In this document: piece by piece, positions 14,012 through 26,059 of the stretch
Position numbering within the stretch: the first letter of the stretch is position 1
Layout: each line of letters opens with the position of its first letter
Source of the DNA: Carcharhinus longimanus
Taxonomy: Eukaryota
DNA: 64,000 nucleotides
Direction of reading: 5' to 3'
NCBI GenBank assembly: GCA_030264375.1
Contig: JASCQW010000032.1
Location: 54,898,225 to 54,962,224, forward strand
Made by a program: the position numbers and the translations under genes
Notes under the pieces: model-generated
What the model saw: only the letters and a program-made list of their open reading frames with translations
Databases searched by the model: none
Told to the model about the DNA's origin: nothing

Positions 14012-14150
14012 GTTTTTATTCCTTTATGAGATGTAAGCATTGTCAACAAGGCCGCATTTATTTCCTATCCTTAATTACTCATGAGCAGTTGGTAATGCTG
14101 CACCACCTTCTCGAAACACTGCAGTCCATGTGGTAGAGTTACACCCACTA
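14012..14150 (-). mobile_element. 3' tail of a second CR1-clade LINE family
   Basis: Similar to 15740-15870. Confidence 0.55.
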
Positions 14151-14199
14151 CAGTTACTCCCATGTTCGTGCAAATTGAGGAGTTAGAAATTTTTCAGGA

Positions 14200-15477
14200 G
14201 AATCCTAGCCATAACTTAATTGGTGAGAGATTGCAGGTTTCCGAGATGCAGAGATATCTGGATATCTTACTGCATGAATGGCAAAAGGTTAGTATGCAGA
14301 TTCAGCAAGTAATTAGTAAAGCTAGTAGAATGTAATTGTTTATTGTGAGAAGAATTGAATATAAAAGTAGGGAGGCTATGCTTCCTGTTTTACGTCTGGA
14401 ATATTGTGTACATTATTGGTCTCCTTCTTTAAGGAAGGATGTAATCACATGGAAAACACTTCAGAGAGGGAACATGAGACTAATACCTGGAATGGGTGCA
14501 TTGTCTTATAAGGAAAGTTTGCACCGGCTGGGTATTACCCACTGGAGTTTAGAAGAGTAAGAGGTGACTTGATTGAAACTTAAAAACCTTGAAGGGTCTT
14601 GACAGGATGGATGTAGAAAGGATTTTCCCTTTTGTGGGAGAATCTCGAACTGGGGAGGTCACTGTTTAATAACAAAATGGTTGCCTGTTTAAAACAGAGA
14701 TGAGGGGGATTTTTTTCTCTCAGAGGGTCATGAATCTTTGGAATTCTCGTCTACAAAAGGCAGCAAAAGCAGAGTTCTTTGAATATTTTTAAGGCAGAAG
14801 TAGATGGATTCTTTATAATCAAAGGGTTGAAAGGTTATCGGGAGTAGGAAGTATGTTGGGTTGTAGTTACAATTAGATCAGCCATAATGTTATTGAATAG
14901 TGGAGCAGACTCATACAGTCGAGTGGCCCAATAACATGTACCCCTCATCTGCTCTCACGTCATTTGAGTGTTAAATAGTGGATTGCCTCTTTTCAAGCTT
15001 TTTCTCCTAGGGAGAGAATTATGGAGACTCTAGTAGGCTAAGCTTCTTTTCCTGCAAGTTTTTTTTTTCATTCATTTACAGAACATAGAGTGTCCCTTGG
15101 CTTTGAAAGGTATTCTATAGATGTGGGTATTTTGAGTATTTATTACAGGTCTCTGGATTACTGATCCAGTGACCTAGCCATTATACTACCATACCCCTGC
15201 TTCACTACACTTCCATCACAACTTATATGAAGGGAACTTATATGATAGAATACCCCCAACTTGTCTGGGTGGGTGTAGCTCCAACAACACTCAAGACCAT
15301 TCAGGACCAAACAGCCCACTTGATTGACACCACATCCAAAACATCCACTCCCTCCATCACCGACGCTCAGTAGCAGCAGTATATACTATCTACAAGATGC
15401 ACTGCAGAAATTCTTCAAAGATCCTTAGACAGCACCTACTAAGGAGCTGCTCCTAATTCGTTATGTCTGTATGTTCC
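14200..15477 (+). mobile_element. CR1 LINE 3' part whose terminal tail is split by a 507-bp insertion (14931-15437)
   Basis: LEYCVHYWSP.LRKD motif. The tail reads gagtggccc, is interrupted, then resumes ctgctcctaattcgttatgtctgtatg at 15447. Confidence 0.85.
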
Positions 15478-16556
15478 TAAATCCTGGAATGAGCTCACAA
15501 TATTTTGCTTCAGAATCAAGCATAAGGTCAATTGCTTGTGCCAAACTTTGCAGTTGCCAAAAGCACATTTCTAACCATGTGATTTTTTTTAAGCGACACA
15601 CCTTGGGTGCGAGAATTGTGAGTGGTTGCAGCACTTAAAGGACTGCAAAACTATTTAAAGGGTTATGCACTGTTTGCTGATCAGCAAGCTCTACCACAGA
15701 AAAGAATATTGGGATGGATAAAAAATGTTGCAGAACACCTTTTTTAAATTTAATCGTGAGACACTGGCATCATTGGCTGGCCAGCATTTGTTGCCCATCC
15801 CTAGTTACCCTTGAGAAGGTGGTGGTGAGCTGCCTTCTGGAAATACAGCAGTCCACGTGCTGTGGGTTAATCCACAGTGCCATTAGGGAGGGAATTCCAG
15901 GATTTTGACCCAGCTACTGTGAAGGAAAGGCAATATATTTCCAAGTCAGGATGATGAGTAGCTTTGAGGGGAGCTTGCAAGTGGTGGTGTTCCCATGTAT
16001 TGGTTTGCCTTGTCCTTCTAAGTGGAAGTCATCATGGGTTTGGAAGGTGCTGTTTAAGGACCTTTCATGAATTTCTGCAGTTCACCTTGTAGATAGTATA
16101 TACTGCTGCTACTGAGCATCGGTGATGGAGGGAGTGGATGTTTTGGATGTGGTGTCAATCAAGTGGGCTGCTTGGTCCTGACTGGTGTCAAGCTTCTTGA
16201 GTGTTGTTGGAGCTGCACCCACCCAGACAAGTTGGGGGTATCCTATCCTATAAGTTCCCTTCATATAAGTTGTGTTGGAAGTGTAGTGAAGCAGGAGTAT
16301 GGTAGTATAATGGCTAGGTTACTGGATCAGTAATCCAGAGTCCTGTAATAAATACTTGAAATACCTGCATCTATAGAATACCTTTCAAAACCAAGGGACA
16401 CCCCATGTTCTGTAAATGAATGAAAAGAATTGCGGGAAGAGAAGCTTAGCCTCCTTGAGTCTCTGTAATTATCTCCATAGGAGAAAGAGCTTGAAAAGAG
16501 ACAGTTCACTATTTAACACCCAAATGGTGAGAGAGCAGATGACTGGTATAAGTTAT
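14931..16556. repeat. Long inverted repeat, arms 14931-15437 and 16045-16556
   Basis: Arms align as reverse complements throughout, e.g. agtagcagcagtatatactatctacaag / cttgtagatagtatatactgctgctact. Confidence 0.95.
15740..16226 (-). mobile_element. Second CR1-clade LINE family 3' end
   Basis: - strand encodes AAPTTLKKLDT..DQAAHLI..IHSLHHR.SVAAVYTIYK; same family as 61165-61690. Confidence 0.8.
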
Positions 16557-16761
16557 AGCCCTTGAAATAAGCTGACACAAGGAAAGGCACCCTTCTTATT
16601 ACCAATCAAATGGACAAAGTGTGCTTACCACAGAAGTTTCCTTTTAATCTTATGCCATGACTGAGTTTGCTTACTAAGGCCTCAGAAATCTAGAGTATAA
16701 CAGGAAACAGGATATACGCAATGGAAGAGGCCATTCAGCCCAATCAGTTCATGCTGGTGTT

Positions 16762-17041
16762 TAGTTTAATTTATTTAGTATTGTCACAAGTAGGCTTACA
16801 TTAACATTGCAGTGAAGTTACTGTGAAAGTCCCCGAGTCACCACACTCCGGCACCTGCTTGGGTACACTGAGGGAGAATGTAGCATTGCCAATGCACCTA
16901 ACCAGCAGGACTGTGGGAGGAGAGCAGAGTACCTGGAGGAAACCCACGCAGACATGGGGAGAACAAACAGACAGCGACCCAAGCCGGGAAGCGAACCTGG
17001 GTCCCTGGCGCTGTGAGGGAACAATGCTAACAATTCTGCCG
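16762..17041 (-). mobile_element. V-SINE, tail type B, inserted in an old CR1 tail
   Basis: Full head, core and tail; sense tail gtaagcctacttgtgacaatactaaataaa. Confidence 0.92.
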
Positions 17042-17490
17042 TTTATGCTCAACTTGAGCCTGTTCCCATCTTTTGACATCTAAATCCATCGTTGTAATCC
17101 TCTACTCCATTCTCCCTCACCTGCTTGTTTAAATTCCCCTTAAACCTATACTTGGGACTATTGCCACATTTCTATTTGGAAAGAACCATTTTCCTCCACG
17201 GTGGTGCAGATCTTTCATTTTATTTCCTGTGTCTTCTGTCTTTGCAGAAATAAGACAACCAACCATTTGTTTCTGCTGCCGGATATTCCCTGGAAACTCC
17301 TCCAATTTAGTCATGTTGCTGCATTTGTTCCAGTTCTTCTTCTTGTAAATCAAATTTTCAGCTAGCTTTCCACTTGATTTGTGCTTGTTTATTCAGACAC
17401 AACTTGGAGGCAGGAATGTGAAGAACTTGGGTTACTCCCAGTACACTCTTCAAACTTCCAGTTTCTTAACGCTACATTTTTGTTGCAGGA

Positions 17491-17836
17491 CAGGGGGTAT
17501 GGTGTCACAGTGGCTTGCACTGCTGCTTCACAGTACCAGGAGCTTGGGTTCGATTCCCAGCTTGGGTGACTGTGCGGAGTTTGGGGAGACATTCTCCCCA
17601 AGTTTGCGTGGATTTCCTCCGGGTGCCCCGGTTTCCTCCCACACACGAAAGATGTGCAGGTTAGGTTAGGTGGCTTGGCCAATTTAAATTTCCCCTTAGT
17701 GTCCAAACTTGGGTAGACCAAGGTGATTAGTGGGGTAAATGTTTGGGGTTATAGGGATGCAGTGGGCCTGGAATAAATTGCTTTGTCAGAGAGTTGGTGC
17801 AGACTCGATGGGCTGAATGGCCTTCTGCACTGTAGT
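17491..17836 (+). mobile_element. HE1-type SINE, tail type A (CR1/HER1 tail)
   Basis: tRNA head with B box ggttcgattcc, core, and tail gatgggctgaatggccttctgcactgta. Confidence 0.92.
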
Positions 17837-18623
17837 GTTTTTAAGGTTGTGTCATTTGAAAAAATAAAGTTGCTTTGCGAGCAGGTCTTGCTGGATATCT
17901 TGGGGCACAGAACAGAACTAGGGGGGTGAGCTGTAGTGTTACCTGATGCTTAAACTAATGCCCTTCCTTTTTTTAGTTATTATTTCTTAATCATTCAATC
18001 ACAAGCCTGCACTCCGTCATATTACCATCACACCTAACATCAGCATATAAAAAAAAATTGGCCCAGTGACAAATCCTTCGCATAGTGGAAAGGTCTCCTG
18101 GGAACACTCTCACTGCTGATAGAAAAGTCTTGAGCTCCAATCTCCAAGAAGGCTGTCTTGCTTGACTTCGACATGTTGGGGAATTGGATGAGGAAAGCCG
18201 TTTTGCAAGCTTCACTGATTTCATTATTAGCACAGATCAACGGACATGCTGAGGCAGTGCCCAGCACCAAGGGAATGGTTTGAGCAGGCTGCTGTTTCTC
18301 AATGTAAAACTACCTTCAGATCATCCAATCTGGATTATAGTTCTTCCTACAAGCATCAGGACATTGAAAATTTTAACCAAGAATACTGAGTACTGGAGTT
18401 TCTACAGATTCACTGCTGCTTCTACAGATTTTATCATAGCTCTTTCATTTCAAGGCTGAGGAATGTCTTTCTCAACTCAGCATTGCCATTTCAGCAAAGT
18501 GTCTCAAGTCTAACAATAACAACAATGGAGCTTGAATTTCTACACATGATTCTTACACTGAAAATATTTATATTGATGAGGAGGAATGATAAACAAGTAG
18601 GTTAGAAAAAAGACAAACTGACA

Positions 18624-18747
18624 GGGCATGATCCTACCACCCATTCACACTACGCTCCCATTGCAACAAGGTCACCAGCCAAATCTCCATTCACTGTGGT
18701 AGGATGGGAAAATCCCGAAAGCATGAACAGTGATAAGATTCCGGCCA
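18624..18747. mobile_element. Short MITE (family of 5082)
   Basis: Shares ccaaatctccattcactg and the end agattccggcc. Confidence 0.5.
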
Positions 18748-18967
18748 TAGAGTCTGTGGGACAGAAGGTTATGCCACAGTCAAGGAGATATCAGAAAGTA
18801 GGAAATAGATGCCAAAGTGGGGAGAATTAGACCTCGACTGGACCATATAATTGAATGGTGGAATAGAGAAAGCTGGATTAAACTGGTGTCAGAAAAAGAA
18901 AAGATGCACATAGGAAAGTCAAATTGGTCAAGTGGGGGAAACCCATAGAGGAATTTGAAGACAAAGA

Positions 18968-19272
18968 TTTATTTTCTTTATTTATTAGTGTCACATGTAG
19001 ACTTAAATTAACGCTGCAATGAAGTTCCTGTGAAAAATCCCTTAGTCGCCACACTCCGGCACCAGTTCAGGTACACTGAGGGGGTATTTGGCATGGGCAA
19101 TGCATCTAACAAGCACATCTTTTGGACTGTGGGAGGAAACCAGAGCACCCGGAAGAAACTCATGCAGACACGGGGAGAACTCTGTGCAGACAGTGACCCA
19201 AGCCAGGAATCGAACCCAAGTCCCTAGTGCTATGAGGCAGCAGTGCTAACCAGTGTGCCATCATGCCACCCC
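18968..19272 (-). mobile_element. V-SINE, tail type B, with 8-bp TSD
   Basis: Full length; gacaaaga at both 18960-18967 and 19276-19283. Confidence 0.92.
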
Positions 19273-19746
19273 GGGGACAAAGACTGGGAGGAATTTTGAA
19301 TTTGGGTTATTGGATAACATGACTGCTTTTGACTTAGCTGCCTGTTTTACACAATTATTGGTCAATGGAAGTGAAAATTGGAAGAAAGGTTAAAAAAAAC
19401 CTGCCTCTTCACTATTGCCATTTCACACTGACATCTCCGAAACTTTGGGCTTTCATTCATAATTTTTCTCTTTCCTGATTTCATGTATCTGGTTTTCTTC
19501 TCCAATCTATGAAATGTCTCTGTTTCAATCACTGTATCTTCCACACGGAAACATTAAAACATGATCAATTTAACTTGGCAGAAAGAACGCTGTGGCAGTC
19601 AAAGATTTCCAATCATTATTTTCAACCTTTCTCCAGGCGTTCTTGGATCCAATATTACTGGCCTGTTATTGGTGCTTCTGTTGAGATTAAAACATTCTGA
19701 TCCTCCTTCGAGAGCTGGGCTGTTGTTGAGACTGAGTTGACCTTAC

Positions 19747-19869
19747 CATCTTGCCCAAGGGCTTTTGTGGTTGGTTCCCTCATAGCTTCACAAAGATCAC
19801 TTGTCCACAGCAAACCCAGCCAGAATTTCAATGTTCGTGTGACAACAGATTGAACCTTTGACTTCACTA
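19747..19869 (-). other. Possible 123-nt exon of an unknown gene
   Basis: Acceptor ttatgtttcag, donor G/GTAAGG, open phase 1-1 frame (VKSKVQSVV...ALGQD) in TE-free DNA. Protein not recognised. Confidence 0.15.
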
Positions 19870-20164
19870 CTGAAACATAATTACTGCAGTTTAGTGTCCT
19901 TTGCAGTTGGCCCCAAGAATCTTTACTGTTATTTCGACGAGTTAAATGCTAGGCCACTTGAGAAGTGAGATTTTGTTTTTAACCAGTATGTTGCATTTCT
20001 GGCACTAACCTCAACAGTAAAGGTTTCCACAGTACTATTCAGAAGAAAAAAAATGTAAGATACAATTTAAAATCATGGCCCTATAATTTGACAATCATTA
20101 TCTTCCTTTTCAAAGACAAAAATGACACTGTGAAGAATTTCCCAAGGATCTTGGGCAGTGTATA

Positions 20165-20183
20165 TAGCACCATCTAGTGGTCA
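20165..20183 (-). promoter_or_regulatory. Candidate CTCF site
   Basis: - strand TGACCACTAGATGGTGCTA, close to the CCASYAGRKGGCRS core. Confidence 0.55.
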
Positions 20184-20584
20184 TTTTTTCCTTGAACACC
20201 GATGAACTGCTGCTTCATATTTGTTCTATTCTCTTCACCAGTGCTGCAATGTACAACTTACTTAATTATAAAATGTTATTGCCAATCCAGTATGTGATTA
20301 TAGCATATTCTGACTTTTGAGTTCCAGCAGAGCACCAGCCTCACTTCTATTTTCATCACAGCGACATACGGTGATAAACCTCCATCATGTTAATGTAGTT
20401 TAACTTTGTGTGACGTCTGTTGTCCTTCTGAGGCTTTCCTTTCACTCAAGAATCTCCATTCAGTTACATCAGCAGTTAATGGCACTGAGTGGAAAATATT
20501 AGAGATCCAAAGAATGTAGTCCAAATTTATCAAGTCTCTCATCTATGTTCAACTATGATCAAACATATTAAATAAGAACACAAA

Positions 20585-21590
20585 GGGGGCAATCTTACCA
20601 TCTCGCCCTGTTGGTCAAAGGGTGGAATGAGCCGATAATATCGCGAGAGAATGGGAAAATTGGGTTCAAGCTCGATTTCTCACCTCTCGTGATCTTCCCA
20701 GCACTGGATATCCAGTGAGATCAATCCCTCACCCAAAATGGGGTGATTATAATATTTAAATTTAAATTCATCACTTGCCTTGGTGATGAAGGCCCTCACT
20801 GGCGAGGATCATGTATGGTCCCTATCAATCAGGACCTGTCGGACTGGAGGTCATTGCGGCTCTCCTGGGAGGTCAGGGGTGGGGTGGTGCCCCTTGGGCG
20901 GTGCCAGCTTGGCATGCCTGCCTGGTACTACCAGCCTGACATCCTGGCACTGTCAACAATCACACTGGTAGGGTGTGTAGGGAGGGGGTGGGGTCTGAAG
21001 AGGGCAGGGCTTAAGGGGAGGCAGGGAGGGGCACTGAACACTCTACAATAACGAATGTGGGGGAAGACTATGTGCACCCTGCATCTGGTGATCTTCAACA
21101 GAAAATAGCAATGAACTAGGATTGGATGAGAAAAAGAGTGAAGCGAGTAGGACAAGGAAGAGACAAGCATGGAGTAGAGGAGGTGGAGAAAATGAAGATA
21201 TGGAGAAGGAAAGGTGAGCTGGAGCACTGGGCAGGATTCTGTGTCCTCCCCATAGTATCTTTCTTGTGGCAGGAGATAGTGTGCCTTTGACTGGCGATGG
21301 GATTTTCTGGTCCCACCAAGTGATCAACCTTCTATGCGGGCGGAGGGGGGATCAGGTTGCTCGTGCAGGAGGGGAACAAACTGCTGCAGAGTCGATGGCG
21401 AGGGTGGGAAGCAGTGACAGCTCTCTCTATTCTGTGCCGTTGCACAAGAGCGGAGAGAACTGTGCATGCATGACAGCGTCCTCTGCTAAAATGTGCAGCT
21501 TTCGGATGAGTTTAGGCCCTGCCTCTCCCCTTGCTGGCAGAAACAAATCTTGCTTAATTTTCTCCTCAGAGTGTGGCAAGATTGGATTTT
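20585..21590. mobile_element. Non-autonomous Harbinger-like element carrying an inserted copy of 22724-22952
   Basis: ggggcaatcttacc ... ggcaagattg ends; GC-rich interior shared with the 11.0 and 61.7 kb elements. Confidence 0.55.
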
Positions 21591-21654
21591 TTGGCATGAT
21601 TCTCTCTTGTTTACATGCTCGTTCAGCACTTAGAATCTTTTTGTTAAGATTGCC

Positions 21655-21918
21655 TCCAAAAAGTAGGAATTGGAGTAGGCCATATGGCCTGTCAAGCCTA
21701 CTCTGCTATATCGTCAGAACAGGCAAATCTGACCTTTGCCTCAACCCCAAAACAATTGACTCCCCTTAACATTAAGAATCTGTCTCTGCCTTGAATATAT
21801 TCAAAGACACAAGCTCTTCCTTTCCCTTGGGTAGAGAGTTTTAAAGATATTTAACATTCTGAGAAGAGAAACTCCTCCACAGCTCCATCTTAAATAGGAA
21901 ACCCCTTATTCTGAAACA
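21655..21918 (-). mobile_element. CR1 3' tail fragment, continuing after the MITE at ~22437
   Basis: aggaattggagtaggccat..gccttgaatatattc..cccttattctgaaac|atgccccctagtt. Confidence 0.65.
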
Positions 21919-21919
21919 A

Positions 21920-22436
21920 TGGACAGAATTTTACCATTTTCTTGCAGTGTGCGGCAGAAGGTGGGAAAGAAGTTACTGAAGCTATCTGCCCAAATGGCCG
22001 CTTTCTCCATTGTATCTTTAGGGGGATAGAATAAAAAATTGGAAAGGAGCCCACCAGGCCAGCAACATAGCATTTTTAAAGGCCACACCAATGCACTAAT
22101 GCTCAAATGGAAAACCCACCAAACCCCTGCATGATGTTATCCCCCCGCCCCCTGCCCCACCACGCACCTTTCCCCACCCCTGGCCCAAGCACTGCTCCCT
22201 GGCACAGTTCCTTGGCACTGCCAGCTGGTGCATGCTTTGAGAGACCAACTCATGTCAACATGAATGGATAATTTAATGGGGTGGAATTACCAGGCACAGA
22301 AGTCTGGCAGAGTGGGGTGGGAGGGGAATGTGGGATAAGCAATCATGATGAGATGTTTCACTGATATAAAACACAATTTGGGCCTTCTGCGAGATTTTCC
22401 ACTCCCTGGAATGAATGGATGTGGAAAATCCTGGCC
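21920..22436. mobile_element. MITE
   Basis: ggacagaatttt / aaaatcctggcc TIRs; interrupts a CR1 tail. Confidence 0.6.
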
Positions 22437-22606
22437 ATGCCCCCTAGTTGTTAAATGGGTGACTGCTTTGTTCTTCTACTCTATTGAATTGTTTACCATT
22501 GTTATTGATTGCCATTTTTCCAAAATTAATCCTTTTACCTTTTTATCTTATTTGCTCATCCCTCCTTTCCCTCTACTGTCCTGATCGAGAGTTTCTGTGC
22601 TTCTTG

Positions 22607-22810
22607 GCTGGAATTTTCTGGCTGTTTGTGCGAGCAGTACCTTCTGGTCCCGCTGACTGCGCACCTTCACTATAGTTTCCTAGCAGCATGGGATGGAATC
22701 AGTGGGAAATCCTATTAACATCAGTGGGACCAGAAAATCCCATCGCTAGTCAAAGACACATCATCTCCTGCCACAAGAAAGACACTGTGGGGAGGACAGA
22801 GAATCCTGCT
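22607..22810. mobile_element. Short MITE
   Basis: ggctggaattttct ... agagaatcctgct ends; internal inverted ttctggtccc / gggaccagaa. Confidence 0.55.
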
Positions 22811-23690
22811 CAATGCTCCAGCTCACCTTTCCTTCTCCATATCTTCATTTTCTCCACCTCTTCTTCGCCTCCTCTACTCCATGCTCCTCTCTTCCTTGTC
22901 CTACCTGCTTCATTCTTTTCCTCATCCAATCCTAGTTCACTCCTATTTTCTGCATTTGTTCTCCTTCCTATGTTTTATTCTCAATGTCTTATCTTTCACC
23001 TCTCTCTATTTCTTTTACTTCAGTCTGTGCTGTAAACTTTTTCCTCCTGTTCCTTCACATCTTCTTACCTCTCCATTTTTTCTTCTCTTTCCCCTCTTTC
23101 ACTTTTACTTTCCCCTTTACTTTTGCCTACCTTTTTCCTATTCTCCTCTTTTTCTGCCTTGAGTAGTTCACAGCTTGTTCCTTCATTCTCTGCTCTGTCA
23201 CTTCTCTTTACGTAAGTCTGTCAATTCTTTCCTCATTTTCTTCACTATGACAAATAAAAGGTCAAGAAAGAAAAATAATGGATAAGTGACTTGAAATATG
23301 GATAAGTGACTTGAAATATGGATTTGCCTTGATCTAATGGAATGGTTAAACAGGTTTAAGACTCTGAATACCCTATTCCAGTGTATCCTGAGTTATAACT
23401 TCTCTGCCGCTATAATTTTGTTTTCCTTATCCTTTATTATCCAATATTTTTCTTAACTGTTCCATCTTCCCTTTTCTTTATCATGTCCATCGTCTTTCCC
23501 TCCCTTTCTTTAACTTCCTGTTTCATTTTATCTTCCTTGTCTTTGTCCCAGTGCCTCTTCTTCAGTTATTTTTATGTTTCTTTTGTGTGACTTCATTTCA
23601 TTTTCTTATTTCTTCCCTTCTTACTTTTCTATTTTAACCTTGTTTCCTATTCCTTCCCATTTATTTCTGCAACAGTTCTCCAGCTTTGCT
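22811..23690 (+). repeat. Polypyrimidine low-complexity tract, including a 20-bp tandem duplication at 23278-23323
   Basis: Strong C/T bias; atggataagtgacttgaaat occurs twice in tandem. Confidence 0.8.
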
Positions 23691-24311
23691 TGCTGCAGTG
23701 TCTGCACAATCTCATGGGAATCTCTGCAAGGGGTTGGGGTGCAGGAGTGGGGTGCAGCGGTGGGATGGCATATTAAAATATCATTGGGAAGTTTAGAGTT
23801 ACAGACCACAAAAGCAGCAGGGAGAGATTGGAATAAACCAGGCCAGGGTTTTCTCGTTCAGGGATCCTTCAGAGAATTGTAACCATGGGATTTAAATTAA
23901 GAGGCAGACAAATAAACTCCAGCAGACAGACTCCTGGGCATGTTACGGCAGAAAGGGGAATGCTTGTGCTGTGACTTCTGTGAGCTCTAATGCTGAAGGC
24001 AGTCACCGTGGCTCCTGAGAATTTTACTCCAGGGGAAAGACAGATTTAATACAAGCTTTGCTAGCTTGTTTACTAGTGAAGAATGTGTGGGCCATTGGGC
24101 AGATTACCTTGCATTGCAATTGTTAACAGTTCCAGTAAGATGTAGTCTTAAGAATTTTTTTAGCCAAATTTATTGATGGGTTGGAGATGCTTTGACGTGT
24201 TGCTATTATTTTTAGAAACATACAGTACAGTGGATGAGGAACTATAATGTTTTCTGTGCCTCATAAAATGTGCTTTTATTGAAATACTGGAGTAGAATAT
24301 TTTGAACAGAA

Positions 24312-24672
24312 AGTAGAGAAAATAAGAGCAGGAATAGACCATTCAGCCTTTTGAGCTTGTTCCGCCATTCATTATGATCATAGCTGATTATCCAGTTCAG
24401 TAACCTGTTCCCATCTTCCACCATATCTTTTGATCCTATTTGCTCCAAGAGCTATATCTAACCTCTTCTTGAAGACATACAATGTTTTGGCCACAACTTT
24501 TTTCTGTGATAATGAATTCCACAGGCTCACCACCCAGTGGGTGAACAAATTTTTCCTCATCTCAGTCAGAATGTTATACCCCATATCCTCAGACAGTGAC
24601 CCCTGGTTCTGGACTCCCCCACCCTCGGGAACATCCTTCCTGCATCTCTCCTGTCAAGTCCTGTTAGAATGT
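24312..24672 (-). mobile_element. CR1 LINE 3' end
   Basis: TEMRKNLFTHWVVSLWNSL motif and tail; same family as 13600-13847. Confidence 0.88.
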
Positions 24673-26059
24673 TATATGTATAAATGTGGGAGCTTCATCA
24701 GCATTTGGACTGCAGGGCCTGTGGAGAAAGCCCATTAGGGCAATGAATGTGCATTTAGTGGCATTGCCCACATCCTGGGAATGAATTTTAAATATTTTAC
24801 AAAATTGAACAGTGAATGCAAAAAATAACGATTAGATAAAGGGAAAAAATACAAGGTGCTGAGTTTTTGCATTTAGGACAGAAATCAGGAGGGGGGCTGA
24901 TCCCAGTTTACCTTCCCACCATTGTTGCCAGGGGATGGGGCTGTCACAAGGTCAGGGTCTCGATGACCTCAGAGAAAAGGTCTGCTTTCCTGGGAAGAGG
25001 GGCATTGTTGGTGAATGGGAATCAAGGTGGGATTTCTGAGAAACATACCATATTCTAGCCTGACTTAATGACCATTGTTGTGACTACTAGTTGGTGAGTG
25101 GTCTTTGGAAGCTGAGAGGATCTTCATCATCAAAGTGGCCAGGGTAAATGGTGAGCTGAGAATCAAGTTGGTTAGTAACATTTCATTGATGCTCAGTAGT
25201 TTCTTTATCCAAATTTGCACTACTTTTCATTAAATTGGACAGTTTCATTCATGTCACTTGTATTCCGGCCAGACTATCCACAGAGTGCTAAAAGCTTCCT
25301 GAAAATCTTCGGGTGTCAGAAGGTGAGCTCTTAATGAGACACCCACACTTAATAAGGTGGGTGACTTCAGTTTTCTGCCTCCACACCATGTAACCACCAC
25401 CCCCCCCCCACCCCCCGCGCCCCCACCCATATCCCCACCACACTTCTCCCATCCTCAGAAAAGTCAGCCAAGCTTTTCCATCCTGCTTCCATTAACCTGA
25501 AAATCTGGCCCCGTAGATGTTGCCAATAACTGAACAGCAAAAGTAATGTTTGGCACTCAGCAGCATTGACAGGACTACCTGGCAGTCATTTTATCATAAA
25601 GACATTACATAGTTTACTTGAAGCCAACTGAAAAAACAAAATTGATCAGAGATTGGTTAAATGCATTCCCACATTCGAATCGTCTAATTGCAAATGCTAC
25701 TGCTGTGCACAAATTGTCTAAGATGATTCCAAGAAGAATTTATTGTATTTCACCTTATTTAATATAATTCTGTAGGACTCTTAAAAATCTCATGGAGTTT
25801 TTAGCAAAGCAGTTCTGTAAATCCGACGCGAAATGGCTTTTCCAATTTTCCCAATTAATCCTATGAACTGGATGGTATTAAATTGCACTAGTTCAATCAA
25901 TGCTCCATATCTTCCGTTATTATCAACAACTGGACGAGATTAGTATTAGGAATGTTCACTATTTTAGTACGTGACTTACCTTAAAACCAGTATCCAGAGA
26001 TTACTATCTAAAATTTCCATTAAGCCTGGTAGTAGATGTGGGAATCACAATTTATGATT

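Larger units (their letters stand above)
21099..22952. repeat. Inverted duplication, arms 21099-21316 and 22724-22952
   Basis: Reverse-complement match. Also visible as near-identical ORF peptides VGPENPIASQRH..AQCSSSPFLLHIFIFSTSS on opposite strands. Confidence 0.95.

Noticed and set aside
21266-21769. 167-aa ORF
   Set aside because: Runs across a duplicated MITE piece, a GC-rich element and a CR1 tail, so it is a chance frame.
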